64,000 nucleotides of DNA, taken from contig CAZDCX010000003.1 of NCBI GenBank assembly GCA_964504115.1, forward strand, positions 14,796 to 78,795, read 5' to 3'. The first letter of the stretch is position 1. Each line of letters opens with the position of its first letter. The DNA comes from an uncultured Cryptobacterium sp. (GTDB lineage: Bacteria; Actinomycetota; Coriobacteriia; Coriobacteriales; Eggerthellaceae). This document shows, piece after piece, positions 1 to 11,324 of the stretch. The translations under genes were made by a program, and so were the position numbers. The notes beneath the pieces are model-generated. The model was not told the origin of the DNA and ran no database searches. It saw only the letters and a program-made list of their open reading frames with translations.

Positions 1-3000
1 GATAAGACCCGGAACTACTGCCTCGCACCCCTCAGATTCGATTACATCAACAACCTGATTGTTAGCCGTTGGGTGGAACTTAACCAAGATCTCTCCAACT
101 ACACCAACGCGCGGCTTGGTACCCTCCCCCTCTAAAGGCAGGTTATCAAAATCTTCGATCATCGCGCGAACAGTCTTTTTGTATCGACCAAACTTTTCGC
201 CCTCATACACTTGCGCCTTGCATTTTGCCATCCAGTAATCAAAGAGATGCTGAGCTGAACCGGGTTCGATTTCATACGGGCGTGTGCGATACAAGCATTG
301 CATTAACAGATCGCCATAGATCAACGCAAAGATAGCGTTGTAGAGCATGGTGGCCGAAAGCTTGAACCCAGGATTTGTTTCATCTAGCTTTTTAAATGCC
401 AGGGAGATAACCGGGATATGCTCGAGGCCTGCCGCCTTTAAAGCTTTACGAATAAGCGAAATATAATTGGTAGCACGGCAACCGCCACCCGTTTGCGTGA
501 TGATAACCGCAAGCTTATCGGTGTCATAACGGCCCGACAGCACCGCTTCCATGATTTGCCCCGTTACCAAAATAGACGGATAGCAAATATCGTTATTTAC
601 GTATTTCAATCCCGCATCAACAGCACCATGGTCAACAGCAGGGAGCAACTCCAAGTTGTAACCATTTGCCACAAAGATGGGCATAAGCAGATCAAAATGA
701 ATAGGGGCCATCTGCGGACACAGGATGGTGTAGCCCGCATCCTTCATTTCCTGGGTAAATTGCACTTTCTCAAATGCCGTTGAAGCGGTTTTGCGCTGCT
801 GCAATCCTCGAGGGGCTTCGGTATCCCGGCGAGCAATTTCTTGCGCAACCGCGGTACCGGCCTGTGCCTCGCGTGCCCCCGTTTTAGCATCGATAAGCGA
901 TTCACGATAGGCCACGTCAGCCATGAGATTGTCAACATCAAGATTGCATACCGGGCATCCACCCTCAACCGTGTTGGCCTCTTCAGCACGCTCGTCCGAT
1001 TGATCCTTCAAAGCTGCCAAAAGCGAGCGCACACGAATACGCGCTGCACCAAGATTTGATACCTCGTCGATCTTTAAAACGGTATAAATCTTGCCCGAAG
1101 CTTCTAAGATTTCCTGAACCTGATCGGTAGTAATAGCGTCCAAGCCGCACCCAAAGCTATTGAGCTGGATTAAATCGAGATCATCGCGTTGAGTAACAAT
1201 TTTTGCTGCTCTATATAAACGGGTATGATACATCCACTGGTCAACAGCGCGCAGCGGGCGTTCTACCTGGCCTAAGTGAGCAATTGAGTCCTCGGTAAAT
1301 ACCGCTAAGCCAAAACTGGTAAGCAACTCAGGAATGGCGTGATTGATTTCTGGGTCATCATGATATGGGCGGCCCGCCAAAACGATACCGTGAACCCCAT
1401 TTTCCTCGATCCATTTGAGCGTTTCCATACCCTTGTTATGAATGTCTTCATGGAGCTGCTCGTCTTCGGCCCATGCGGCATCAACAGCGGCATCGATCTC
1501 AGCGCGCGTGGGAAGCGGAGCGCTGCCCATCAAATCTGGGTGCTTTTCAACCAGCTCAACATAGAGACGCTCTTTGAGCTTGTCTTTCACATGATAGGGC
1601 ACAAAGGGATTAAGAAACTGAACACTGGACTCATTGAGCGCATCAACATTGAGTTTCAATGCCTCTGAATAGCTCATAACAATGGGGCAATTAAAGTGAT
1701 TCCCCGCCGTTTCATCTTCGCCGCGTTCGTATTTCATACACGGCATCCAGATAAAGTCGATATCCTTTTCCAGCAGGTTCATAATGTGCCCATGAGAGAG
1801 CTTAGCTGGGTAGCATACGCTCTCAGAAGGCATCGATTCAATACCGGCCTCATAGGTTTTCTTCGTAGAAGGATCGCTCAACACGACGCGGAACCCTAAT
1901 TGGGTAAAGAAGGTAAACCAGAAGGGATAGTTTTCGTACATATTCAAGGCGCGTGGAATTCCTACAGAGCCGCGCGTTGCTTCCTCGGCGGTTAAAGGAG
2001 TGTAGCCAAACAGGCGCTGCGTCTTATACTCAAACAAATTAGGAACTTTCGAAGCCTCCGTGGCTAACCCTGCTCCTTTTTCGCAGCGATTACCGGTGAT
2101 AAAACGGCGGTGTTTGCCGGTGCTTGGATCTTTACCAAAATCGTTGATGGTTAGCAAGCAGTGGTTAGAGCATGCTTTACAACGCACGTTTCGATGTGCC
2201 GGAACTAAATTCTCGAGCGCTTCAGCGTCTAAGAGCGTGGTATGAGCAGCTACCCCTGCAGCTTGCTCGGCTGCGTGAGCGCGATCGCGCGCCAAGAGAG
2301 CCGCTCCGTAGGCTCCCATGTTGCCAGCAATATCGGGACGCACAGCATGAGTTTGGGCCAGTTGCTCAAACGAGCGCAAAACAGCGTCATTTAAAAATGT
2401 ACCGCCCTGTACTATTACCTTGTTACCCACCTCGCGGGGATCACGAATTTTGATTACCTTAAATAAGGCGTTCTTAATAACCGATAGAGCCAACCCGGCA
2501 GCAATATCGCCCACCGTGGCGCCCTCTTTTTGCGCCTGCTTTACACGACTGTTCATAAATACCGTGCAGCGGCTACCCAGATCAACAGGATTCTTGGCCT
2601 CAATAGCACTCTCGGCAAATTCTGACACGCTTAAATTAAGCCCGGTGGCAAAGCTCTCAATAAAGCTTCCGCATCCCGATGAGCAGGCTTCATTGAGCAT
2701 AATATGATCGATTACGCCATCTTTTACTCGCAAGCACTTCATATCCTGCCCGCCAATATCAAGAATAAACTCAACACCAGGCAGCATTTCCTGAGCACCA
2801 CGTAAGTGAGCAACAGTTTCAATCTCACCCGAATCAACACACAACGCTTCAAGGAGCAGAGCTTCGCCGTATCCTGTTACGGTCGCAGCCCCGAGATTAA
2901 CCTTGGGGCTGCCTTGATCATCAAGGGGAATCTGCTCATACAGATCGGCCAGTGCACGCTTAGCGCAGCCCAAAACATCACCCTTATTGTTTACATAGCT

Positions 3001-4053
3001 GCTCCAAAGCAAGCTACCATCTTCAGCGATAAGAGCCGACTTAAAGGTAGTTGAGCCAGCGTCAATGCCTAAATAGGCATTTCCTTCGTACTTTGATAGA
3101 TCGCCCCGCTTTACGGTTTCTTTATCGTGACGTGACTTGAACTCCTCATAATCAGCGGTGCTCGCAAAAAGCGGAGGTAAGCGCACAACTTCGCTACCCT
3201 GCATATCGCCCAACCCGGCCAAGCGCTCTACAATATCGCTCAGTCGCTCTCGATGGGCGGCTTCTCCTGCCAGAGCACAACCGCTTGCCACAAAGAGATG
3301 GGCATTATCGGGCACAATAATATGCTCGTCATCAAGTTCGAGCGTCTCATAAAAACGCTTGCGTAACTCGGGCAGATATTGAAGCGGCCCTCCTAAAAAT
3401 GCAACATAGCCACGGATAGGACGTCCGCAGGCCAAGCCTGAAATGGTTTGTGTTACAACCGACTGAAAAATAGAAGCAGCGATATCTTCCTTCCTTGCCC
3501 CTTCATTGAGCAAGGGCTGCACATCGGTTTTTGCAAATACACCGCAACGGCTCGCAATGGGATACAAAACCGTATGGCCTTTTGCCAGCTCATTTAAACC
3601 AGTTGCATCCGTATCAAGCAAGGCTGCCATCTGGTCGATGAAAGCACCCGTACCACCAGCACACGTACCATTCATGCGCTGCTCTATACCATTATCGAAA
3701 AAGATGATTTTTGCATCTTCGCCACCAAGTTCGATGGCAACATCAGTTTTCGGAATAAATGTTTCAACAGCGGTTTTTGATGCAATAACCTCTTGAACAA
3801 ACTCCAAATTGAGCCATTGCGACAAAAGCAATCCACCTGATCCGGTAATAGCTACGGTCACCTCTTGAGAGGGAAATTGCTCAGCGGCCTGGCTCAATAC
3901 TTCCAAGACAGTAGCGCGTACATCAGCATGATGACGGCGATAAACCGAGTACACGATCTGATTATTCTGATCAAGAATGGCAACCTTTACCGTTGTTGAT
4001 CCAACATCGATACCCACCTTGAGCGTATTGACAGAATTGGTTTCTGTGGACAT
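1..4053 (-). CDS. Large fused CoA-substrate-specific enzyme activase / 2-hydroxyacyl-CoA dehydratase-like protein (two BadF/BadG/BcrA/BcrD ATPase modules + DUF2229 + dehydratase-like C-terminus); truncated at the left edge
   Basis: Absent from the ORF track because it runs off the window. Manual translation from ATG 4053 (SD GGAGGGG) gives [44 protein letters not shown]; second module [32 protein letters not shown]; then [15 protein letters not shown]. Base 1 is in the same frame ([11 protein letters not shown]). Confidence 0.9.
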   Translation of the reverse strand, partial: MSTETNSVNTLKVGIDVGSTTVKVAILDQNNQIVYSVYRRHHADVRATVLEVLSQAAEQFPSQEVTVAITGSGGLLLSQWLNLEFVQEVIASKTAVETFIPKTDVAIELGGEDAKIIFFDNGIEQRMNGTCAGGTGAFIDQMAALLDTDATGLNELAKGHTVLYPIASRCGVFAKTDVQPLLNEGARKEDIAASIFQSVVTQTISGLACGRPIRGYVAFLGGPLQYLPELRKRFYETLELDDEHIIVPDNAHLFVASGCALAGEAAHRERLSDIVERLAGLGDMQGSEVVRLPPLFASTADYEEFKSRHDKETVKRGDLSKYEGNAYLGIDAGSTTFKSALIAEDGSLLWSSYVNNKGDVLGCAKRALADLYEQIPLDDQGSPKVNLGAATVTGYGEALLLEALCVDSGEIETVAHLRGAQEMLPGVEFILDIGGQDMKCLRVKDGVIDHIMLNEACSSGCGSFIESFATGLNLSVSEFAESAIEAKNPVDLGSRCTVFMNSRVKQAQKEGATVGDIAAGLALSVIKNALFKVIKIRDPREVGNKVIVQGGTFLNDAVLRSFEQLAQTHAVRPDIAGNMGAYGAALLARDRAHAAEQAAGVAAHTTLLDAEALENLVPAHRNVRCKACSNHCLLTINDFGKDPSTGKHRRFITGNRCEKGAGLATEASKVPNLFEYKTQRLFGYTPLTAEEATRGSVGIPRALNMYENYPFWFTFFTQLGFRVVLSDPSTKKTYEAGIESMPSESVCYPAKLSHGHIMNLLEKDIDFIWMPCMKYERGEDETAGNHFNCPIVMSYSEALKLNVDALNESSVQFLNPFVPYHVKDKLKERLYVELVEKHPDLMGSAPLPTRAEIDAAVDAAWAEDEQLHEDIHNKGMETLKWIEENGVHGIVLAGRPYHDDPEINHAIPELLTSFGLAVFTEDSIAHLGQVERPLRAVDQWMYHTRLYRAAKIVTQRDDLDLIQLNSFGCGLDAITTDQVQEILEASGKIYTVLKIDEVSNLGAARIRVRSLLAALKDQSDERAEEANTVEGGCPVCNLDVDNLMADVAYRESLIDAKTGAREAQAGTAVAQEIARRDTEAPRGLQQRKTASTAFEKVQFTQEMKDAGYTILCPQMAPIHFDLLMPIFVANGYNLELLPAVDHGAVDAGLKYVNNDICYPSILVTGQIMEAVLSGRYDTDKLAVIITQTGGGCRATNYISLIRKALKAAGLEHIPVISLAFKKLDETNPGFKLSATMLYNAIFALIYGDLLMQCLYRTRPYEIEPGSAQHLFDYWMAKCKAQVYEGEKFGRYKKTVRAMIEDFDNLPLEGEGTKPRVGVVGEILVKFHPTANNQVVDVIESEGCEAVVPGLI

Positions 4054-4071
4054 GAGAGTTTTCTCCCCTCC

Positions 4072-4749
4072 CTATAACTTAATTGGCTCCCCTGGCCTTA
4101 TAAACAACAAACGCAAAGCCATCTGAGCCATCTGCTCGGATGTTTCCTCCATACCCGTTTCAATCCACCGGGCAATAACCCCCAGGTAAGCAGAGGAATA
4201 AAACGCAACATAATAGCCAACAAACGGGTCAGAATCGCTGCGATACTGCTCATGCAAAATGGAATGGATAAGATAGGTACATACCGAATCACGCAGTCGA
4301 GGCCCAAATCCTATATCGCCACCAGAACCCAACACCGCATGCAAGAAGTCGCTTTCTTGGCGAAGATAGTCAAAGAGCTCTATCAAAAAAGCTGGCGGTT
4401 TATTCGCAAAACGATATCGAGCAATGTCTTTAACTTCTATATTCTCCATTTTTGCTTGAATACGCGCGATGTTGGCCATCACTTCGTCTTCAAGTGATGT
4501 TAAAAGTTCATCTTTATCATGAAAATGGTTATAGAACGTGCCCCGATTAAGGTTGGCAACTGCACACAAATCGTTGACGGTGATAGCATCAAAACCACGC
4601 TGCTCCATCAACACGATAAGTGCAGTTCGGAAGGCTTTTTTCGAGCGTGTAATGCGTCGATCTTCCGAATAAGAACCAGGCTGTTTATTTTCGCAAAGTA
4701 AAGATGCTTGATTTGGCAGAGTCTCAGCTGCACAGATAACACTTGCCAT
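4072..4749 (-). CDS. TetR/AcrR family transcriptional regulator
   Basis: DRRITRSKKAFRTALIVLMEQRGFDAITVNDLCAVANLNRGTFYNHF HTH. ATG 4749 has SD AAGGAAGAGG. Ends 18 bp before the activase start. Confidence 0.93.
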   Translation of the reverse strand: MASVICAAETLPNQASLLCENKQPGSYSEDRRITRSKKAFRTALIVLMEQRGFDAITVNDLCAVANLNRGTFYNHFHDKDELLTSLEDEVMANIARIQAKMENIEVKDIARYRFANKPPAFLIELFDYLRQESDFLHAVLGSGGDIGFGPRLRDSVCTYLIHSILHEQYRSDSDPFVGYYVAFYSSAYLGVIARWIETGMEETSEQMAQMALRLLFIRPGEPIKL

Positions 4750-4798
4750 GCACACCTCTTCCTTTGCACAACAACACAAGATACATGGTTACGTGAAC

Positions 4799-4823
4799 GT
4801 TATTGAACATTCTGTTCAATAAC
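4799..4823. promoter_or_regulatory. Perfect inverted repeat, probable TetR operator
   Basis: GTTATTGAACA-TTC-TGTTCAATAAC (11-3-11), immediately downstream of a minus-strand promoter TTGTTT(4852-4847)-17bp-TACTAT(4829-4824) with extended TG. Confidence 0.7.
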
Positions 4824-4981
4824 ATAGTATCAAGCATGAAAGATTCAAACAAGATGAGCTATTTTCCAACATTGTCTAAATTTTATCGATTCCATTCTCC
4901 CAAAGAGAATGTAAACGCTTACGAGAGTTTTTTGCTATGCTTACCAGCATCGCATAATTCAACATAGAAGGGTTTATCGCC

Positions 4982-6346
4982 ATGCAAATCACTCCGGAGG
5001 AAATTGCCGAAACACTTGCTATGGTCAGCAAGCAGCATTTGGATATTCGCACCATTACTCTTGGTTTGAACCTGCGTGGTTGCACCCATGAAGATGTTGA
5101 TGTTATCGCAACTAAGGTTTACGATCGCATGACCTCTGCTGCAGAAAAGCTTGTGCCCACCGCTGAACAGCTTGAGCGCGAGTATGGTATTCCTATCATT
5201 AACAAACGCATTGCGGTAACACCCATTGCAGAAATTTGCGCCGCCACTTCCGCTACCGATCTTGCCCCCATTGCTATTGCTATGGATAAAGCCGGAAAAG
5301 AGGTAGGGGTTGATTTTGTTGGAGGTTTTTCGGCCCTTGTTCATAAAGGGGCTTCTCGCGCCGACAACAATCTCATGGATTCTATCCCGCGCGCGTTAGC
5401 AGAAACCGATAACGTTTGCGCTTCAGTAAACGTTGGCTCTACCCGTGCTGGCATCAATATGGACGCTGCCTTTAAAATGGCTGGCATCATCAAAGCAGCA
5501 GCCGAGGCAACAGCCGATAAACAGTGCATTGGAGCTGGCAAGCTCGTTGTTTTTTGTAATGCTGTGGAAGATAACCCCTTCATGGCCGGCGCTTTCCACG
5601 GATCAGGCGAAGCTGATGCTGTTATCAATGTTGGTGTGTCAGGCCCAGGCGTTGTTAATGCAGTTTTGCGCTGCATGCCCGCTGATGCTGATATGACCAG
5701 CATCGCTGAAGCTATTAAATCTACTGCCTTTAAAATCACTCGCGCTGGAGAGCTTATGAGCAGAGAGGCAAGCGCTCGCCTGGGAGTTCAAAAGGGCATC
5801 CTTGATCTTTCCTTGGCCCCCACTCCAGCTGAAAGTGACTCAGTAGCCGAGATTCTTGAAGCTATTGGTGTCGGAACATGCGGAGGCCCTGGCACTACCG
5901 CTGCACTGGCCATGCTCAACGATGCCGTAAAGAAGGGTGGCGTTATGGCATCCTCTTCCGTTGGAGGATTATCGGGCGCTTTCATCCCTGTTTCGGAAGA
6001 TGCAGGCATGATTCGTGCAGCTGAATCAGGAGTTCTCTCGCTCGAAAAGCTTGAAGCAATGACCTCGGTATGCTCGGTTGGCCTTGATATGATAGCCATT
6101 CCAGGCGATACCAACGTAGAAACAATTTTCGGCATTATCGCTGATGAATGCGCTATTGGCATGATCAACAATAAAACTACTGCAGTTCGCCTTATCCCTG
6201 CAATTGGTAAAAAAGTTGGAGACCGACTCGATTTTGGTGGATTGCTTGGATACGCGCCTGTAATGCCTGTCAATCAAAATGCGGGCACCGTGTTTGCTCA
6301 TCGCGGTGGACGTATGCCCGCCCCCCTCAATTCACTCAAGAATTAG
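4982..6346 (+). CDS. DUF711/UPF0210 PFL-like family protein
   Basis: [82 protein letters not shown] family motifs. Confidence 0.92.
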   Translation: MQITPEEIAETLAMVSKQHLDIRTITLGLNLRGCTHEDVDVIATKVYDRMTSAAEKLVPTAEQLEREYGIPIINKRIAVTPIAEICAATSATDLAPIAIAMDKAGKEVGVDFVGGFSALVHKGASRADNNLMDSIPRALAETDNVCASVNVGSTRAGINMDAAFKMAGIIKAAAEATADKQCIGAGKLVVFCNAVEDNPFMAGAFHGSGEADAVINVGVSGPGVVNAVLRCMPADADMTSIAEAIKSTAFKITRAGELMSREASARLGVQKGILDLSLAPTPAESDSVAEILEAIGVGTCGGPGTTAALAMLNDAVKKGGVMASSSVGGLSGAFIPVSEDAGMIRAAESGVLSLEKLEAMTSVCSVGLDMIAIPGDTNVETIFGIIADECAIGMINNKTTAVRLIPAIGKKVGDRLDFGGLLGYAPVMPVNQNAGTVFAHRGGRMPAPLNSLKN

Positions 6347-6773
6347 CGCATGTATTCTCGGCGTCGCTTGTAGCGTCCCCGGTTTCCTGATTCGGGGGAA
6401 CATAATCAGGAAAGATCTTCGCTTGCAAGGTTTTTAGCTCCTGCGCGTAAGCGTCATTCCCTTCCCAGGCGGCTTTGCGGATGCGAGCATCAAAGGCCGC
6501 GTAGATTTCCTTACCACCAGGCGCGCCCTTGCCAAACGCTTTAAGCACGCCATCTTCCCGTGCCTTTTCACGGACATCCTGCACCAAAGAATCGAAGAGC
6601 GCTTGCTCCTCCTCGCTGAGCGAACGAAGAGCCCTCATAGACATAAGCGGCGAAGTGGGCTTTTCATTTTCGCCTTTTTTGCCCCTATATGAAAAGACTG
6701 CTGCAAAAACAATAAGCGCAAAGAAAATCACAACCCATGCTATAACGGAAAAATCAGCGAAAGCGTTTGCCAT
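6336..6773 (-). CDS. Hypothetical protein with one N-terminal TM helix
   Basis: 145 aa; hydrophobic stretch [22 protein letters not shown] followed by RGKKG; SD-like AAGGGA upstream. Confidence 0.7.
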   Translation of the reverse strand: MANAFADFSVIAWVVIFFALIVFAAVFSYRGKKGENEKPTSPLMSMRALRSLSEEEQALFDSLVQDVREKAREDGVLKAFGKGAPGGKEIYAAFDARIRKAAWEGNDAYAQELKTLQAKIFPDYVPPNQETGDATSDAENTCANS

Positions 6774-6939
6774 AAGGTATCATCCCTTCATTTCCCATAA
6801 CACAGAAAAGTCGAAGCAATAACGAGGCATCGGATGGTACAACTGCCCATATATCGTTATTCTGCCCTTTATTGTGAAGCAGTATTTTGATTTCCGCAAT
6901 GGATGAAGGCAAAGTTATATTCTCAAATAACCTGGTTGA

Positions 6940-7422
6940 TTAGACGGTTAAATCGGCTACTTGAACTGGATATGCCTTTTGCAGCGAGGTAAGGCTCGTT
7001 TCAATTTGGCAGCCAATGCGCCCTCCAGAAAAGAATATCGTTTCATACAATATTGCCGTTTCATCGATGGTTGTTTTAAAACGCTTTTTCATCCCTAGGG
7101 GAGAACATCCCCCATGAATATACCCCGTCAGCGGGAGAAGCTCTTTTTGCTTGATCATGCTCAAAGCCTTTTCCCCAACCACAGTAGCGGCTTTTTTAAG
7201 ATCAAGCTCGGTAGCAACAGGAATCATAAACACATAATGCTCTGCGCTTTTGCCCACGGTAACGAGCGTTTTAAAAACCCTATCAGGGTCCTCACCTACC
7301 ATACGAGCAATTTCAACGCCAGATAAAACAGGAGAACAATCAAACCAGTGGGCCTTATATTCAACCTTGGCCCGATCAAGCTCCCTCATTGCATTGGTTT
7401 TTTTGTCATTTACCTTAGACAT
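6940..7422 (-). CDS. ybaK: Cys-tRNA(Pro) deacylase YbaK/EbsC
   Basis: KTNAMRELD, VFKTLV, LDLKKAA, TGYIHGGCSPLGMKK, FSGGRIG. Start may be 7422 or 7449. Confidence 0.92.
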   Translation of the reverse strand: MSKVNDKKTNAMRELDRAKVEYKAHWFDCSPVLSGVEIARMVGEDPDRVFKTLVTVGKSAEHYVFMIPVATELDLKKAATVVGEKALSMIKQKELLPLTGYIHGGCSPLGMKKRFKTTIDETAILYETIFFSGGRIGCQIETSLTSLQKAYPVQVADLTV

Positions 7423-7448
7423 AGCCTTAGCCTGTATAACGCTTTGCA

Positions 7449-8351
7449 TTACTCTCGTTTGCCAATATCGGCTGAAACGGTCATGTTATGGAACCGCTCT
7501 TGAAGCCAACTATCAGGAAAAACCTCATCGAGTACTTTATCAATACTAGAACTAGCAGGTATGTTGTTAGCGCGCTCGCCCTCACGATTAAGAGCCAGTA
7601 CCGTTACCACGGCATTAGCAAGCATGCACACAATTAAAACCCAGCTTATAACAAGGTAGGCTGTTCCTCCCCTGCCTTCAAACCGGAGTTGTATGCGTTT
7701 AATAATAGGCAAGATCGCGCGCACCCAAAACAAGCCCAAAGAGCCCCACATAACACCAAAAAAGAAGTTGGTCCTCCCATTGATAGAACCAAAGGTACCC
7801 GTATAATCCCAGGCAATAGCATGCCAGAAGAACTCCATCATCCAGCTGGCACTGTATTCAAGCGTGGCACCAACCAACATCGCTGCAAGAAAGATGATGA
7901 GATTATGGGTGTAGTAAAACCGATTAAGAAAGAGGGTAAGGGCAACTGCTCCAACCCCGTAAATGGGTGAAAAAGGGCCCCATACAAGCCCGGCGCGACT
8001 TTCATAGCCACCAAACATCACGATATGAAACAGATCTTCTATAACTAATCCCAGTACCGATGCAACCATGAACACCCAAAACAATAACAATAAGGTGATG
8101 TGCAAATAGCCCGGTGCAAGCTGAGCGCGAACACTGCGCACAATCGTAGACTCAAAGAGCGCATCGAGAGGGCTCCGAGCAGCAGTGCTATGAAGCGATG
8201 ACTGGTCTGAGTACGATAAACTCTGAACCTTGTGAGAAGACGGCTGGCTCGTTGGCGAAGCTATTGCAGGTTGTTCTGAAGCTATGTTCTGTTCTTTTTC
8301 CATCAGAAGCACTATATCAGAACTGCCAGAAGCTCTGTTATTGCCCTGCAC
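7449..8351 (-). CDS. Putative ABC transporter permease-like membrane protein
   Basis: RAGLVWGPFSPIYGVGA, LEYSASWMMEFFWHAIAWDY, INGRT motifs and several TM helices. Start uncertain (8351 or 8303). Confidence 0.78.
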   Translation of the reverse strand: MQGNNRASGSSDIVLLMEKEQNIASEQPAIASPTSQPSSHKVQSLSYSDQSSLHSTAARSPLDALFESTIVRSVRAQLAPGYLHITLLLLFWVFMVASVLGLVIEDLFHIVMFGGYESRAGLVWGPFSPIYGVGAVALTLFLNRFYYTHNLIIFLAAMLVGATLEYSASWMMEFFWHAIAWDYTGTFGSINGRTNFFFGVMWGSLGLFWVRAILPIIKRIQLRFEGRGGTAYLVISWVLIVCMLANAVVTVLALNREGERANNIPASSSIDKVLDEVFPDSWLQERFHNMTVSADIGKRE

Positions 8352-8494
8352 GTAGCAACCAAATCATTACCTTAAGTATTGCCCTGGGGTTTTAACCCTG
8401 AGGATATAAGTTCAAAGAAACGACCCTGAGTATCTCTATCACACAAGCGCCTTCATGCCGTACAATACCTAAAGCATATGGGTAAGGAGAGGTT

Positions 8495-9790
8495 ATGTCT
8501 CAAGATCAGAAAACGGTTGTTATTGGCGTATCTGGCTGCATTGCTGCTTACAAGGCATGCGAAATTGTACGCGGTTTACAAAAGGCTGACATACGCGTGA
8601 AGGTTGTCATGACCGAGCATGCAACACACTTTATTGACCCTCTCACGTTTCGTGCGCTTACCCACGAACCAGTGGCTATTGGTTTATTCGATGACCCTCA
8701 AGATCCTATACACCATATTTCACTTGCGCAAGAAGCCGATGTGCTCCTGCTTGCTCCAGCCACAGCCAACATAATGGCAAAGGCCGCCCATGGTATTGCC
8801 GATGATCTCCTGTCGACTACCTTTCTTGCTACAACAGCGCCTATCCTGATAGCTCCTGCTATGAATGTACACATGTACGAAAACGTGGCAACGCAAGCCA
8901 ACATGAAGATCTTACGCGATCGCGGGTGCACCTTTATTGAAGCTGATGAAGGGTATCTTGCCTGTGGTGATACGGGGCGTGGACGGCTTGCAGATCCTGC
9001 CCACATTGTTGAAGTTGTTTTGTCAAAACTGAGCGAGCAAAAGCACTCATGCCCAACAACTCCTGCTCCTTCTGATTCGCCAGCATCTCCGTTGAGCAAC
9101 TCTGCCTTCTCGCACTCCGAAGCGCCTGAGGCTACCGCGCGCGATTTGCAGGGCCTGAATGTTGTCATAACCGCTGGGCCAACCGTTGAACCAATTGATC
9201 CGGTGCGTTATATCACCAATCGCTCTTCGGGCAAATTTGGTTATGCGCTTGCTCGTGCCGCAGCAAACCGCGGAGCACAGGTTACCCTGATCTCAGGCCC
9301 TGTTGCCCTTGAAGCTCCTGTAGGGGTTTCCATGGTTTATGTCGAATCGGCACGCGATATGCTCGCCGCTACTGAAAAAGCTTTTGCCACCTGCGACATT
9401 GCGCTCTTCTCGGCGGCGGTGGCCGATGTTCGTCCAACCAATCCCTCTGGCTTGAAGCTCAAGAAGGGCATCAATGATGCCGAGCTCTCTTCTATTGAGC
9501 TAACCGAAAACCCCGATATCTTATCCATCTTAGGACATGCTAAAACTCATCAAGTTGTTGTTGGTTTTGCCGCTGAAACGCATGATGTTATTGAAAATGC
9601 TCAAAAGAAGCTCAAGCGAAAGAACGCTGATCTTATCGTGGCTAACGAAGTTGGCACTCATAAAACCTTTGGGCAAGACGATGATGAAATTTGGATCGTA
9701 TCTGCTCATGCAATTGATCACTTTGAGTCTGCCCCCAAAGCTCTCCTGGCTCATAACATTCTCAGCAAAGCCAAATCGCTTCTGCCATAA
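8495..9790 (+). CDS. coaBC: Bifunctional phosphopantothenoylcysteine decarboxylase / phosphopantothenate-cysteine ligase
   Basis: GVSGCIAAYKA, APATAN, APAMNVHM, LACGDTGRGRL, TAGPTVEPIDPVRYITNRSSGK, GFAAET; SD AAGGAGAGG. Confidence 0.97.
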   Translation: MSQDQKTVVIGVSGCIAAYKACEIVRGLQKADIRVKVVMTEHATHFIDPLTFRALTHEPVAIGLFDDPQDPIHHISLAQEADVLLLAPATANIMAKAAHGIADDLLSTTFLATTAPILIAPAMNVHMYENVATQANMKILRDRGCTFIEADEGYLACGDTGRGRLADPAHIVEVVLSKLSEQKHSCPTTPAPSDSPASPLSNSAFSHSEAPEATARDLQGLNVVITAGPTVEPIDPVRYITNRSSGKFGYALARAAANRGAQVTLISGPVALEAPVGVSMVYVESARDMLAATEKAFATCDIALFSAAVADVRPTNPSGLKLKKGINDAELSSIELTENPDILSILGHAKTHQVVVGFAAETHDVIENAQKKLKRKNADLIVANEVGTHKTFGQDDDEIWIVSAHAIDHFESAPKALLAHNILSKAKSLLP

Positions 9791-9981
9791 AACACCGGGA
9801 AGCTTGGCGCCTTAAAAGATGTGCTTCTTGTAAGCAGAGGCTCCCATAATGAAGCCCTCTGCCCAAGCGCAGAACCAAAATGCCTCTCACCGCATAGCAC
9901 CACGCGCGATGAGAGGCATTATAGCGAGTGCGCAAATAAGCAACAAAGTTATTGCGCAAGAACAAGCAAGCGCCGCGCTGC

Positions 9982-11028
9982 CTACTTGGAAGGCAACAAG
10001 AGCTGTGCAATTTGCACGGCATTCAGAGCGGCACCTTTGCGGATTTGGTCGGCAACGTTCCAAAAAGCCAAGCCATTTTCAACAGAAGCGTCGCGGCGCA
10101 AACGACCCACATAAGCACCGTCGGTGCCAGCGAGCAAACCAGGCATAGGATACACATTGTTCGCCGGATCGTCCATAACCGTAATACCCGGTGCAGCCTC
10201 AAGCGCCTCGCGCGCTTGCTCCACGCTTACAGGCGATTCAAACTCAACATTGATGGACTCGCCATGGCAGCGCAAGACAGGAACGCGAACGCACGTTGCG
10301 GCTACCTGGATATCCTCATCGCCCATAATCTTCTTAGTTTCGACGATCATCTTCCACTCCTCTTTGGTGGAATCATCATCTAAGAAGACATCGATATGAG
10401 GAATGCAATTAAAGGCAATCTGATGCGCAAAAGCATCAATAGTTAACTCTTCCCCATCAAGGAACTGCCGTGTTTGTGCATACAGCTCGTCCATAGCGCG
10501 AGCGCCCGCGCCAGAAGCAGCCTGGTAGGTTGACACCACAACACGAGTGATACGAGCAAGATCATAGAGAGGCTTGAGCGAAGCTACCATCTGGATAGTA
10601 GAACAATTTGGGTTAGCAATAACACCATTGTGCCAAGCAATGTCGTGCGGATTGACCTCAGGAACAACCAGCGGAACATCTTCATCCATACGGAAGGCGC
10701 TTGAGTTATCAATCATAACTGCGCCGGCATCGACTACCGCTTGGCGCATTTTCTTAGAGATTCCAGCTCCGGCACTAAACAGGGCTATATCAACGCCTTG
10801 GAACGACTCAGAGGTCATTTCTTGAACGATCAGATCGCCTGCTGGCACCTGGCCGCAGCCCTTAAAAGCAAGCTTCTTTCCTGCAGAACGCTGAGAAGCC
10901 AAAGCTCGCACCTCGCTTGCCGGAAAATCGAGATCATGTAAAACCTCAAGAAATTCGTGACCAACTGCACCAGTAGCACCGGCTACAGCCACCACTGGAT
11001 GGGCAGGGATTTCCTTAGTCCAGGACAT
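9982..11028 (-). CDS. asd: Aspartate-semialdehyde dehydrogenase
   Basis: GATGAVG, IDNSSAFRM, ANPNCSTIQM, STYQAASGAG, DQIRKGAALNAVQIA; ATG 11028 with SD AAGGAG. Confidence 0.97.
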   Translation of the reverse strand: MSWTKEIPAHPVVAVAGATGAVGHEFLEVLHDLDFPASEVRALASQRSAGKKLAFKGCGQVPAGDLIVQEMTSESFQGVDIALFSAGAGISKKMRQAVVDAGAVMIDNSSAFRMDEDVPLVVPEVNPHDIAWHNGVIANPNCSTIQMVASLKPLYDLARITRVVVSTYQAASGAGARAMDELYAQTRQFLDGEELTIDAFAHQIAFNCIPHIDVFLDDDSTKEEWKMIVETKKIMGDEDIQVAATCVRVPVLRCHGESINVEFESPVSVEQAREALEAAPGITVMDDPANNVYPMPGLLAGTDGAYVGRLRRDASVENGLAFWNVADQIRKGAALNAVQIAQLLLPSK

Positions 11029-11195
11029 AAAAGCTCCTTCGAATCGTTTCAAAACGACTTCATGATACTACGATAATGCCTCTTGCTCTGATTAAGTTCT
11101 CCTTGTGGCCTGAAAGAGGGGTGACAAGCCCGCAAATCTTCAGTGAGGCTAACAAAAAAGCGAAAACCTGCTGCCAATAAAAGAAGCGTACGCAC

Positions 11196-11247
11196 AAAAG
11201 AGCCCCAAGAGAACCTTTCGAATAACCGTAGATTCCGCTTGGGGCTC
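11196..11247 (-). terminator. Intrinsic terminator-like hairpin after lysC
   Basis: GAGCCCCAAG...CTTGGGGCTC stem followed by TTTTG on the minus strand. Confidence 0.55.
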
Positions 11248-11324
11248 GCCTCGTAAACCTTTGTTGCTGCCCTCGGAGCAAGGAGCCTATTAGGGGCAAG
11301 AATGATGAACTCTTGCTTATTGCG

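Noticed and set aside
493-3796. Many short ORFs in the track at 0.5-3.8 kb
   Set aside because: They overlap the single long minus-strand activase gene, which the track missed because it runs off the window.
4799-4823. LexA box upstream of tetR
   Set aside because: Spacing is GAAC-N5-GTTC rather than N4; the long perfect repeat fits a TetR operator better.
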